This document shows positions 1 to 9,857 of a DNA stretch of 64,000 nt, piece after piece. The stretch spans positions 64,001 through 128,000 of the forward strand of contig JBHLNS010000003.1 in NCBI GenBank assembly GCA_048941285.1, given 5' to 3'. The notes below the pieces were generated by a model, which saw only the letters and a program-made list of their open reading frames with translations, was not told the origin of the DNA and searched no databases. The translations under genes and the position numbers were made by a program. Within the stretch, counting starts at the first letter, position 1, and every line of letters begins with the position of its first letter. The DNA comes from Promethearchaeota archaeon (GTDB lineage Archaea; Asgardarchaeota; Lokiarchaeia; Sigyniarchaeales; SOKP01).

Positions 1-1022
1 TCACTGTTATAATTTAATTCTTCAATTACATCAAAATTCTTTAAAAATTCGATATTTTCCATTAATGATTCTAAAGACTTTTTAGACACTAATTTTGGTA
101 ATTTATCTTTTGATATTAATCCATTTCTTAATTCTGATAGAACATTATACTTTTTTGGATCTGCCATAATTTGATACAAAGTGAAAGCATCTTCTTTTAT
201 TTCTTCCCGAGTTTTCTTTTCATACTCACTAAAATATTCTTGAACTTTAGGGAGGAGTAATTCAATCAATTCGGGTTTATCATCGATATATTCAATAATA
301 CTATCTGGTGGTATTCTTTCAGCATTTACTTCTTTTACTAAAAGTACATACTTCTCTACTAAACCAATTTGATTAATAAAAATAAATTGCCGTTCATCTA
401 AAATTTCAATAATTTCATTAAAATCTTTTTCAGGATAATTTTCTATAAACCATTCTCTAAGCCCTTCTAATAAGATAGGACCTTCTGATAACTTCTCTAA
501 TGTCATAAATATATGCTTGTCATTTAATAAGATAGCAATTTCTTCTTCTTCGGTTTTTTCCCTTGTATCTTCTAAAATGACCCAATATAGATTTTCTACC
601 CAGGCTTTTATCAAAACCTCATTTTTTATTATTTTTTCCTGATCTTCTTCATCAAAATTATTTATATCATTTATATAAAATGCAGTATAAATTTCTTCAT
701 TTGATTGTAACTGCTCTGAAAACTCTGTATACAGAATCGAGATTTTTTCCTCGTCTTCTGTTGTGATTTGCTGATCGAGAATTATTGAAACCATCAACAT
801 TTCTTTATTTCCTCTTGCCCAATCTGAATGAATCTCAAAATAATAATTCAATGATTTTAGGTTTTCGAAAGAATGTGTAAAAAAACCTTCATTAAATTGC
901 TGATCCATAATATTAGCAATTTTTAGTGCTAATTCCCTTTCTAACATGTCTCGCGGATAAGAATAAAAGACTAATGGGCCAATTTTACGATGGAAATACG
1001 ATAAAGCGATGATGGTTTTCAA
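1..1022 (-). CDS. uDENN/longin-like (NPRL2-like) domain protein with probable C-terminal winged-helix repeats; 3' end runs off the window
   Basis: Not in the ORF track because it is open at the edge. Manual translation from TTG at 1022 (GGAG upstream): MKTIIALSYFHRKIGPLVFYSYP...YFEIHSDWARGNKEMLMVSIIL..., with no stop seen through position 3. The FHxxxGP start resembles NPRL2/uDENN N-termini. Confidence 0.65.
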   Translation of the reverse strand, partial: MKTIIALSYFHRKIGPLVFYSYPRDMLERELALKIANIMDQQFNEGFFTHSFENLKSLNYYFEIHSDWARGNKEMLMVSIILDQQITTEDEEKISILYTEFSEQLQSNEEIYTAFYINDINNFDEEDQEKIIKNEVLIKAWVENLYWVILEDTREKTEEEEIAILLNDKHIFMTLEKLSEGPILLEGLREWFIENYPEKDFNEIIEILDERQFIFINQIGLVEKYVLLVKEVNAERIPPDSIIEYIDDKPELIELLLPKVQEYFSEYEKKTREEIKEDAFTLYQIMADPKKYNVLSELRNGLISKDKLPKLVSKKSLESLMENIEFLKNFDVIEELNYNS

Positions 1023-1229
1023 TAAATGAATCTCCAATAAGATTTAGTACTTAAATTGAAAGAACAGCTTTTTTTTCTTTACAACCTAGAATAAATTAAT
1101 ATTGAAGATTATATATTATTAAAGATAAATAAATTTATCTTAACTTAACATCTAGTATCTTAGAATACTTAATATTAGCAACAAACATAAATATTTTTAA
1201 TGAATTTTTGATAAAGTTAGAATCTGAAT

Positions 1230-1982
1230 ATGAGTCCTATAAAATTAATTGGGTTTGACCTAGATGATTGTCTTTTTGATTCAACCGGATTGTCTGAAAG
1301 AGCTAGAATTAAAGGTATTGATGCGATGATTAATTTGGGGTTAAATATAGATAAAAAAAAAGCAATTCGGATATTGAAGGAAATTGTGAAAGAATATGGT
1401 TCAAATTCATCAAAACATTATAATTATTTCATTAGAAGACTGAACCAAATGGAGGATAATATAGAATATATCTCATACAATGATCGATATAAATTTATAG
1501 CAGCAGCAGTAATGGCTTACCATGCTGAAAAGGTTAATTCAATCACTCTTTATAATGATGTAGAAGAAAGTTTAAATAAAATCCAGGAATTGTCAATAAA
1601 AACAGCGATTGTAACTGATGGAATTCCCATAAAACAATATGAAAAGATTTTAAGGCTTAATATCGATAAATTAATTGATTTAGTTGTTATTTCAGATGAA
1701 ATTGGTATTAAAAAACCAAATCCAGAACTTTTTAATTACTGCCTAAAAAAATTTGGTGTTAAAGGGCGAGAAACAATATATGTGGGAGATCGTATCGATA
1801 AAGATATAATTCCTGCTAATTTGAATGAGATATATAGTGTATACCTTCATCGTGGAGGCAAATATGACACTTATCATTCTGAAGATATTATTCAAAGAGA
1901 TATAAAACCAAATTATGAGATTACCAATTTAAATCAACTATTTCATATAATAGAAGAGATTAACAATAAAGAAAAAATCTAG
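1230..1982 (+). CDS. HAD-superfamily hydrolase (archaeal HAD-IA phosphatase type)
   Basis: Motif I FDLDDCL, motif II VTDG, KKPNP, motif IV VGDRIDKD. Confidence 0.9.
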   Translation: MSPIKLIGFDLDDCLFDSTGLSERARIKGIDAMINLGLNIDKKKAIRILKEIVKEYGSNSSKHYNYFIRRLNQMEDNIEYISYNDRYKFIAAAVMAYHAEKVNSITLYNDVEESLNKIQELSIKTAIVTDGIPIKQYEKILRLNIDKLIDLVVISDEIGIKKPNPELFNYCLKKFGVKGRETIYVGDRIDKDIIPANLNEIYSVYLHRGGKYDTYHSEDIIQRDIKPNYEITNLNQLFHIIEEINNKEKI

Positions 1983-1993
1983 TAATATTTAAA

Positions 1994-2812
1994 ATGAGAG
2001 TCGCTTGTATTCAACCAGAATTATTTAAAAATAGAACAAAATGTTATAATGAAATAGAACAAATTCTAAAAGAATTACTAGAATCTCAGAAATATTGTGA
2101 TATTATATGTCTCCCCGAAAGATGGGTTCCTTATCTTAAAAACCCAACTCAGAATTTCCAAGAACAAAGAGGTACTGATTATTCTTTTGTAAAAAATTTA
2201 GCTAAAGAATATAACATAAAATTTATATCTGGTGGAATTTGGGAAAAGAGAACTAGTTCAAAAAAACCTGCAATCACTTGTTATTTTTTTGATGAAAATG
2301 GTGAAGAAATTGGAAGACAGGATAAAATCCACTTATATGGTTATGAACGGGAGCAATTTGAGCCAAGTAAAGAATTACAACTGTTTAAGTTTAATGATTC
2401 CTACTCTTTTGCAATTCTTATTTGTTTTGACATGGCTTTTTTTGAAACACCTAGATTAGCGGTTGAAAGCGGGGCGGATATTTTATTTTCACCCACTCAA
2501 ATAAGAAATGATGGAATGGAAAATTGGAATGTATATTTAAAAGCACGTGCTCTTGAAAATCGAGTTCCTATTGTGGCTTGTAATACTTTTGGGCATTATT
2601 TAAGAAGAAAATTTCTAGGTAACAGTAAAATTATTTCTTTTTATAGAGGAAATATATCTCCATCTAAATTAAAAATAATGGAAGGACCAAAGAGCTCAAG
2701 TGGTTTTATTATTGATGAGATAGACTTAAATTTTCCAAGAAAATTACGAAAAATTCGGTTTAAAGAAAAAATCGATAAATCAAAAATAAAAGTTAACATA
2801 GCTAATAAATAA
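1994..2812 (+). CDS. carbon-nitrogen hydrolase (nitrilase/amidase family)
   Basis: Glu-Lys-Cys triad: CLPE, QDKIHL, LICFD; RALEN motif. Confidence 0.9.
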   Translation: MRVACIQPELFKNRTKCYNEIEQILKELLESQKYCDIICLPERWVPYLKNPTQNFQEQRGTDYSFVKNLAKEYNIKFISGGIWEKRTSSKKPAITCYFFDENGEEIGRQDKIHLYGYEREQFEPSKELQLFKFNDSYSFAILICFDMAFFETPRLAVESGADILFSPTQIRNDGMENWNVYLKARALENRVPIVACNTFGHYLRRKFLGNSKIISFYRGNISPSKLKIMEGPKSSSGFIIDEIDLNFPRKLRKIRFKEKIDKSKIKVNIANK

Positions 2813-2840
2813 ATGAATTCAATATTTTCCTATAAATGAT

Positions 2841-3797
2841 ATGAACGAATCAAGAGATTATAAAAAAATACTATTTTGTGGTTTAGAAAATGGTGGAAAA
2901 ACATCAATTTTATTAATATTAGATAAAAAATTTAGTTTACTAACTACTGTTAAACCGACTATAAAAGCAAGAAGAACTATCCACACAAACTCATTATTAG
3001 GCACCACTATTGTCCGGTGGGATTTAGGTGGTCAAAAAGTTTATAGAAAAATATATTTAGGGGATAAGAGTAGGTATTTCACAGAAATGCAATCAATTTT
3101 TTACGTTATTGATATCCAAGCACCTAAAAAATTTGAAGAAGCTATAAATTTTCTTAAAGATATAGTAAACATCACCTCAGATTCGCGCCCCGATAATTTT
3201 CAACTTTTAATTTTACTTCATAAATATGATCCAGACATTAAAAACAATAGTAATATTATAACTAACGTAAAATTTTTAGAAAATGAGATTTCATCAATTA
3301 TTAAAAACATTAAATATTCTATATTGAAAACCTCGATATATGATGAACCAAGTCTGTTAAAGGCTTTTTCTGATGGTGTTTTTTATGCCACTCACAAATC
3401 TGAAATGTTCCAAACTTTATTAAAAGATTACATGGGCAAAACTTATAATAGCTCTACGCTATTATTGGATCAGAATTGTTTTATTATTGCTAGTAGAAGT
3501 ACAAATCAAGCTTATCAAGAAATATGTGAGTCTATAGCGCCAAGGTTAACTCAAGCATTAGAAAAACTAGAAGAATGGGATATAAATACAATAGATATTG
3601 TAACAAACATAGAATTTCCAGAAAAACATTCAGAATTTCAAAAAGAAGGCATTATTTTTCTTAGAAAATTAGATATTGGAGAAACTCGACTATACTTGGT
3701 CGCACTTTGCTTAAATAAGAAGGTCAAAATTAAATCCTATGAATATTTGCCATTATTAGCAGAAAATTTAAAAAATCTTTTAGAGAGTTTTGGTTAA
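2841..3797 (+). CDS. Rag/Arf-like small GTPase with C-terminal roadblock/longin-like domain
   Basis: G1 GLENGGKTS, G2 PTI, G3 WDLGGQ, G4 HKYD, G5 TSIY. HKxD and TSI[WY] are Rag/Gtr-like. ~130-aa alpha/beta C-terminal extension. Confidence 0.8.
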   Translation: MNESRDYKKILFCGLENGGKTSILLILDKKFSLLTTVKPTIKARRTIHTNSLLGTTIVRWDLGGQKVYRKIYLGDKSRYFTEMQSIFYVIDIQAPKKFEEAINFLKDIVNITSDSRPDNFQLLILLHKYDPDIKNNSNIITNVKFLENEISSIIKNIKYSILKTSIYDEPSLLKAFSDGVFYATHKSEMFQTLLKDYMGKTYNSSTLLLDQNCFIIASRSTNQAYQEICESIAPRLTQALEKLEEWDINTIDIVTNIEFPEKHSEFQKEGIIFLRKLDIGETRLYLVALCLNKKVKIKSYEYLPLLAENLKNLLESFG

Positions 3798-4014
3798 TTT
3801 TAGATTTTAATTTTAAGTTAAGTTTTTAAAATCTGATTTTCATCTTAGAGCAACTAATTATGTCAGATTTATTGTAACTTCTTAAAATTATGAAAAACAT
3901 CAATTTTGAAACAGAAATCTAAAAATATAATTTTTAATTTTACTTCCAATCACCCCTCTGTGGGAGGGGTTTAAATATATATTTTTAAAGTTATTATAAA
4001 AAAAGGCAAAAAAT

Positions 4015-5208
4015 ATGATTATAAAGTCCAATGTAAACAAAAATTATATAGGCCCTAAAGCACTCTTTGACCCAAATTATGTACCACCTCGCTTATTGTA
4101 CAGAAAAAAAGAGGAGAACTCCTTACATTCAATTTTAAATGATTCAATTTCTGACCAATTTTCACTTAACATTCTTTATCACGGAATGAATGGGATAGGT
4201 AAAAAAGTAATAGTGAACAAAGTTATAAACGATCTTTTAATAGAAAAAGGAGATTGTTTAAAAATCAATAAAATTAGTGTAGATTGTAAAGAAAAAGAAA
4301 TTGATGACTTACTTTTATCATTATTAAATGAATTAACAAACTGTTCTGATGTTAATTTCAATTATCAAACTATTTTAAATTCAAGTCTTTCACATTTATG
4401 GAATACCTTTAAGTTCATTTGTAATAAACTTGATTCTCATCTATTTTTTATATTTAATAATGTTGAATATTTAGATCCTGAAATATTTCAAAAATTCTTA
4501 CTTTTCAGTAAAGAAACAAATATTACTTTAATTTCTACAATAAATAAATTTTTAAAACCAGGTTATATGGACTTACTTTCTGAATTTGATTTTAAGCATA
4601 AATTAAACTTCTTCTCATACCACGAGCTTTATTCTATTCTTAAACAACGAGTTCTTTTAAGTTTTTCAAATGAAATTGATAAAGACTTAATTAGATATAT
4701 AACAGATTTAATATGCGAAGAATATGCCCCTGTTCCAGGAAAAGGCATTGAAATTCTTCGAGATATATATCCAATTATAAAAAATAATAAAGAATACCGG
4801 AATTTTGAATTATTAGAAATTTGTCAAAATGAGTTTGACTCATTTCAAATCTCTGATGAATTTAGCTTAATAAATTATCTTTCGGAAGAGGATATGCTTA
4901 CTGTGATATTCTTAGATAATCTTTCTAATCATTTTATGCATAAGATGAATTATTATATTTCATTTAATAAATTAAGGGAATCCTATGAACTTTCATGCGA
5001 AACATTAGAATATAAAAAAGATATTAATGAGTTTTACTGCCTAATTGAAGAGTTGTTAAATATGGGTATTATTAAACCCTCAAAAAGAACAAAATCCAAA
5101 AATAATGTTAATAACGGTTTTAATAATAGAAATTGTGATTTTTTCTTTACAATAATAAACCCAAAACAGATAAAGGTTATAATTGATACAATTTTTAACC
5201 AATATTAA
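4015..5208 (+). CDS. Cdc6/Orc1-like AAA+ protein with degenerate ATPase motifs
   Basis: N-terminal FDPNYVPPRLLYRKKE typical of Orc1/Cdc6; Walker A HGMNGIGKK (T->K); Walker B FIFNNVE (DE->NN); ILKQR; C-terminal WH-like EELLNMGII. Confidence 0.75.
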   Translation: MIIKSNVNKNYIGPKALFDPNYVPPRLLYRKKEENSLHSILNDSISDQFSLNILYHGMNGIGKKVIVNKVINDLLIEKGDCLKINKISVDCKEKEIDDLLLSLLNELTNCSDVNFNYQTILNSSLSHLWNTFKFICNKLDSHLFFIFNNVEYLDPEIFQKFLLFSKETNITLISTINKFLKPGYMDLLSEFDFKHKLNFFSYHELYSILKQRVLLSFSNEIDKDLIRYITDLICEEYAPVPGKGIEILRDIYPIIKNNKEYRNFELLEICQNEFDSFQISDEFSLINYLSEEDMLTVIFLDNLSNHFMHKMNYYISFNKLRESYELSCETLEYKKDINEFYCLIEELLNMGIIKPSKRTKSKNNVNNGFNNRNCDFFFTIINPKQIKVIIDTIFNQY

Positions 5209-5377
5209 AAAAATTTAATATATAATCTTAATATTAGTAGGCTGAAAAGAAAAAGTTAATTGGATATGATTTAAAACCCCAGAAAACGGATTTCAGTTTT
5301 TTTTTTATTATATTATATATTTATAGGTGTAATCACACTATTTTTTTAATAATGAAGAGTACAAATGGAGATAAATT

Positions 5378-8300
5378 TTGACTTACATTAAAAAAATTTC
5401 CATGAGTGGTTTTAAGAGTTTTGGAGATAGAACTGTAACAATTCGACTTTCAAGTGGATTTACATGCATCGTCGGCCCAAATGGGGCAGGTAAGTCTAAT
5501 ATTATTGATGCTCTTTGTTTTGCATTAGGCCGGTTAAGCAAAAAAACAATGAGAGCGAAAAGTCTTGAGGACCTGATTTTCGCAGGATCCAGAGGAAAAA
5601 ATCCCTCTCAAAGAGCATCTGTTACGTTATATTTTGATAATTCTGAGAACGTATTTCCAGGAGGCACAAGTGATTTTGAGATTACACGAACGATTAAGAT
5701 AGGAGGCGGTGGTGGTTATAAAATGAATGGAAAAAAGGCTACGCGCCAACAAATTCTTAACGCTTTAGCGGCAGCTAATATTGATCCAGATGGGAGCAAT
5801 CAATTTGTCCTTCAAGGAAAAATTGTAGAATTAACTCATATGAATGCAGAAGAACGTAGAAAATTTATTGAAGAATTAATTGGACTTCAAAAATATGACG
5901 AAATGAAAGATGCTACCTTAAAAGAACTAGAAAAAGCAGAAAGAGATTTAGGACAATTTGAAGCGATCTTTAAGGAAGTTTCTGCTCAGTTAAAAAAAGT
6001 TGAAAAGGAGAAAAATGATGCTTTGGCTTGGAAAGAATTAGATGAGCAAATTAATTTTTTAAATTCTCAATTAATTGCATTAAAAATTTCAATATTACGA
6101 CAAGAAGAAGAAGATCTGGAAAGAAAAATCGAAAATTCTTTAAAAATTATTGAAGAATTGCAAGAAAAGATTAATAGACAGGAAGATGTCTTAAAACAAG
6201 AATCACTTGTTATGGATAATATTCAGAAAACAATTTCAGAGAAAGAAAAAGAGAGAGAGGAGATTGCAGAAAATATCACTCAAATAAAAACTCAGATTTC
6301 ATCAAGTGAGACTACTCTTAATTTAGCGCAAAAATCAATTGAAAAATTAGTAAATGAAATTGAAACTTTAGAAAGTAAACAAATGAAACTTGAGGAAGGT
6401 CAAACCTTTGATTCATTAATTGAAAACGTTTCAAATGAAATCTTAGAATATGAGAATCATATCGAAGAAACTAAGAAAGAAATTGAAAAACGGCAGCAAA
6501 ACCAAGCTGAATTAGAACTTCAAATTAAAAATACTGAGGATGAAAATTCTCTTTTTAAAGCCGATATTTCCAAAATACAACAAAATGTTTCGTCTAATAA
6601 TGCTCAGGTCAAGATGCTCAAAGGAACTATAAAAAAAAATGAAGAAAAGAAACAAAAATTAGAAGTTGAGTTAGAGAAATTGAAAAGGGATGCAGAAAGT
6701 ATTGATGAAGCCATCGAAGCCGCCAAAAAGGAAGAAGCAGATATTAGAACTCGTATTAATGATTTAAATACTAAAATCTCAAAAGAAAACCAAAATCAAA
6801 AAGACTTAGAGAACGATATAAGTAGTCTTCAAGCAGACAAGAATCAATTAAATTCAAAATTAACAGATTTTCAAGCTTCTTTATCCTCTTTAAACACAGA
6901 AATTAAAATGAATCAAGGGACTATCCAAGAACTAAATGAAAAGAAAATTTCTATCAAGAAGAAAATTACTGATTTAAGCAAAGGTAGAGATGCTGAAAAG
7001 GCTGTAAAAGAATTACTAAAAGATAATGAGGGAATTAATAAAGATTTAAGTGAATTAAAAGCGAAATTGAAGCAAGAAAACTCAAACTATAGAAAAAATG
7101 AGCACGATTTAGAATTAATGAATATGAAGAAATATTCATTCGAATCAGAAATCAATGATAACAATGCAAAGATTGATAATATCAATACTGAACTAAAAAT
7201 TCTTTCAAAAGAATTAAAAAAATTGGATCGAGAAAAAAATAATATAGAATTGCAAGTTGACTCTTTAAGTAAAACGCTCTCAACGACAACAAGTGAATCC
7301 GAAAAATCTCAATTAAAAAAAGAAAATATTCAAAGAAGATTACAGGATCTTTCTGAAGAAAGAGAAAATTTAGTTAAGAAAATCGAGATTTCTGAAGAAG
7401 AATATGATAAGAATACAAAAGATATCACAGGAATTCTCCAAATTTTAAATATGCTCACTCAAAATATTAACATTTCGGTAGAGTCGATTAAAAGTAATAT
7501 CCAACAGTCAAATGCAGAAGCTATTGAATCCTCCGCAGAAGATTTCAAAAAATTTATTCTAGATATAATTGATATTATGAAATCAGTTGAGGATATTGGT
7601 ACAGATGAAGAAAAACCCACTGAAATGACCAGTATGCTTAGTTCTATCATGCAAACTCTAAAATTATTTACAGATAATGCCGATGATACAATTAATCAAC
7701 TAATTGAAAGAGTCAAAGAGTCTGCTGACGTTGAAGTTCAATCGTCAACAAATACATTTGATAATTTTGTTCAAGACTTAATGGAAATTCTTGAAAATGT
7801 ATATCTCTCCTTAAGGAAATTGACTATGTCTAAAAGTCAAGAATTATATAAACAATTAGAAGAGATTTCAGCAAGCATTAAATCTCAAACAGATGAATTC
7901 AATAAAAATGAACAACTATTAACTGAAACCAGAATTCAAGAGAAGCATTTTTCTGAAAATCTTTCATCCCATAATAAAAGACTTGAAGAAATTAATAAAA
8001 GAAATACTGAATTAAATCAAAGAATTAAAAAAGCAGAAGACGAAATAAATGAAAGAAGGGATATTATTAATAATCGGCAATTAGAAGTCAATAACTTGGA
8101 TTCCGAGATTAGCAAATTAAAAGAACTTAAGGATACTTTTTGGGATAACATATCTAAAATCCAAGATGATATTGATAGAAAGCAAAAGGACTTAGAAATT
8201 TTAAGAGAAAAGCTTCAAGAATTACATGGTATTCAGAATTTATTTGATAATATCGTAGAAATTGATGCTAATATAGAAAAATTAAATAGTTTTATTGAAG

Positions 8301-9829
8301 AAAAGAAAAACATAATATTAAACACTGAAGAGAGCATTAAAAATATTCAAGTTGATCAAAATTCAATCCAAAATAGCATAAATGAACATCTTATTAAAAA
8401 AGAAAAATTTTGGGGAATAACTGAGAATTTACGAAAACAGATAGATGTTGAAAATAAAAGCCTTGAAGAAACTATGGATCGTCTAAGAGCACTTGAAAAT
8501 GTGATGAGGATAATCACATCTATTGAAGATATTAAAAAAGAGAATATAGATGCAACTAATCGAATTAAAACTTGTCAAGATGATATAGAAAATCTTAATT
8601 CCCAAGTTCAAGAAATTCAAAAAAATGTGGATCAAAAACAGCTGGTTATAAACTCCTTAAGAGATGAAAAATCTCAAGAATTAGAATCCCAAAAAGCAGC
8701 TCAGAAAAAATTAAATAAACTGAATAAAGATTTACAGAGATCTCAAGGTAAACTAAATGAATTAAATAAAAACAAGGAGAGAGAACAAAAGATTCTTGGG
8801 TTGAATCAGGATATAAAAGACACTGAAGAACAAATTGAATCAATAACAAAAGAGTTAGAAGTTTTTAAAGAAGATTTAACTAATGAAAATTTGAAGAAAG
8901 ATGAAAAACAAAAAGAGATTGATAAGTTTGTACAAGAAAAGGATGAATCATGGAAAAAGCAAAAACAATATCAGAAAGTTATAACTGATTTAAAATCTGA
9001 TCTCTCCATGGAAAATTCAAAAATAAACAATTATGAATCTAAAAAGATTATGTGTACTGACCAGATAGAAACCTTATTTCAACGTTCTAAAGAATATGGC
9101 TCATTACCACCTGTAACTGGTGATCTTGTTGAAGCAGAATTGCAATCAGATATCGTAGAATTAACAAAAAAAAAGAAGGCTCTTGAACCAGTGAATTTAA
9201 AAGCAATTCAACAATATGACGCAGTTAAAGAAAGATTTGATGAGATAGATATGAGGCGTCAAACAATTCAAAGAGAAAGAAAGTCGATTCTTGATGCAAT
9301 AGATAAAATTGAATTAGAAAAAACTCGAACTTTTATGAAAGCTTATCATGAGATTAATAGGGAATTCTCAAGGATTTTTCAAAAGTTATCTCCAGGAGGT
9401 TCTGCAAAGATGATTTTAGATAGACCAGACAAACCTTTTGAGGGAGGCATTTCTATCGAAGCAAGACCCAGAGGTAAAAAAATTAGCTCACTAGAAATTT
9501 TAAGTGGTGGCGAAAAAACATTAGTTGCGTTATCTTTCATTTTTGCGGTTCAAGAATTTTATCCTGCTCCATTTTATGTGATGGATGAAATCGACGCTGC
9601 TTTAGATGGCCCAAATGTACACCGTGTTTCAATGGTTATTAAGGAATTTGCTTCACAAGCTCAATTTATGGTGATTAGCCATCGTGAGGAAAATATAGTA
9701 AACGCAGATAGAATTTATGGTGTTTCAATGCAACAAAGTGGAATCACTGATATTTTTAGCGTTGACTTAGAAGAAGAAGCTAAGAGACTCCTTGAACTTG
9801 AAGATATAGAACCAACAATTACAGAATAA
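5378..9829 (+). CDS. smc: chromosome segregation protein SMC (long, non-canonical apex)
   Basis: GFKSF, Walker A GPNGAGKSN, Q-loop VLQG, PVNLKA, signature LSGGEKT, Walker B/D-loop MDEIDAALD, QFMVISH; long coiled coils; TTG start with GGAG upstream. Confidence 0.95.
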   Translation: MTYIKKISMSGFKSFGDRTVTIRLSSGFTCIVGPNGAGKSNIIDALCFALGRLSKKTMRAKSLEDLIFAGSRGKNPSQRASVTLYFDNSENVFPGGTSDFEITRTIKIGGGGGYKMNGKKATRQQILNALAAANIDPDGSNQFVLQGKIVELTHMNAEERRKFIEELIGLQKYDEMKDATLKELEKAERDLGQFEAIFKEVSAQLKKVEKEKNDALAWKELDEQINFLNSQLIALKISILRQEEEDLERKIENSLKIIEELQEKINRQEDVLKQESLVMDNIQKTISEKEKEREEIAENITQIKTQISSSETTLNLAQKSIEKLVNEIETLESKQMKLEEGQTFDSLIENVSNEILEYENHIEETKKEIEKRQQNQAELELQIKNTEDENSLFKADISKIQQNVSSNNAQVKMLKGTIKKNEEKKQKLEVELEKLKRDAESIDEAIEAAKKEEADIRTRINDLNTKISKENQNQKDLENDISSLQADKNQLNSKLTDFQASLSSLNTEIKMNQGTIQELNEKKISIKKKITDLSKGRDAEKAVKELLKDNEGINKDLSELKAKLKQENSNYRKNEHDLELMNMKKYSFESEINDNNAKIDNINTELKILSKELKKLDREKNNIELQVDSLSKTLSTTTSESEKSQLKKENIQRRLQDLSEERENLVKKIEISEEEYDKNTKDITGILQILNMLTQNINISVESIKSNIQQSNAEAIESSAEDFKKFILDIIDIMKSVEDIGTDEEKPTEMTSMLSSIMQTLKLFTDNADDTINQLIERVKESADVEVQSSTNTFDNFVQDLMEILENVYLSLRKLTMSKSQELYKQLEEISASIKSQTDEFNKNEQLLTETRIQEKHFSENLSSHNKRLEEINKRNTELNQRIKKAEDEINERRDIINNRQLEVNNLDSEISKLKELKDTFWDNISKIQDDIDRKQKDLEILREKLQELHGIQNLFDNIVEIDANIEKLNSFIEEKKNIILNTEESIKNIQVDQNSIQNSINEHLIKKEKFWGITENLRKQIDVENKSLEETMDRLRALENVMRIITSIEDIKKENIDATNRIKTCQDDIENLNSQVQEIQKNVDQKQLVINSLRDEKSQELESQKAAQKKLNKLNKDLQRSQGKLNELNKNKEREQKILGLNQDIKDTEEQIESITKELEVFKEDLTNENLKKDEKQKEIDKFVQEKDESWKKQKQYQKVITDLKSDLSMENSKINNYESKKIMCTDQIETLFQRSKEYGSLPPVTGDLVEAELQSDIVELTKKKKALEPVNLKAIQQYDAVKERFDEIDMRRQTIQRERKSILDAIDKIELEKTRTFMKAYHEINREFSRIFQKLSPGGSAKMILDRPDKPFEGGISIEARPRGKKISSLEILSGGEKTLVALSFIFAVQEFYPAPFYVMDEIDAALDGPNVHRVSMVIKEFASQAQFMVISHREENIVNADRIYGVSMQQSGITDIFSVDLEEEAKRLLELEDIEPTITE

Positions 9830-9857
9830 TCACATCTATTTAAAATGGTGATTAAAT

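Noticed and set aside
3798-5377. Canonical replication origin around the cdc6-like gene
   Set aside because: No repeated canonical ORB/mini-ORB found; only one inverted repeat, reported separately
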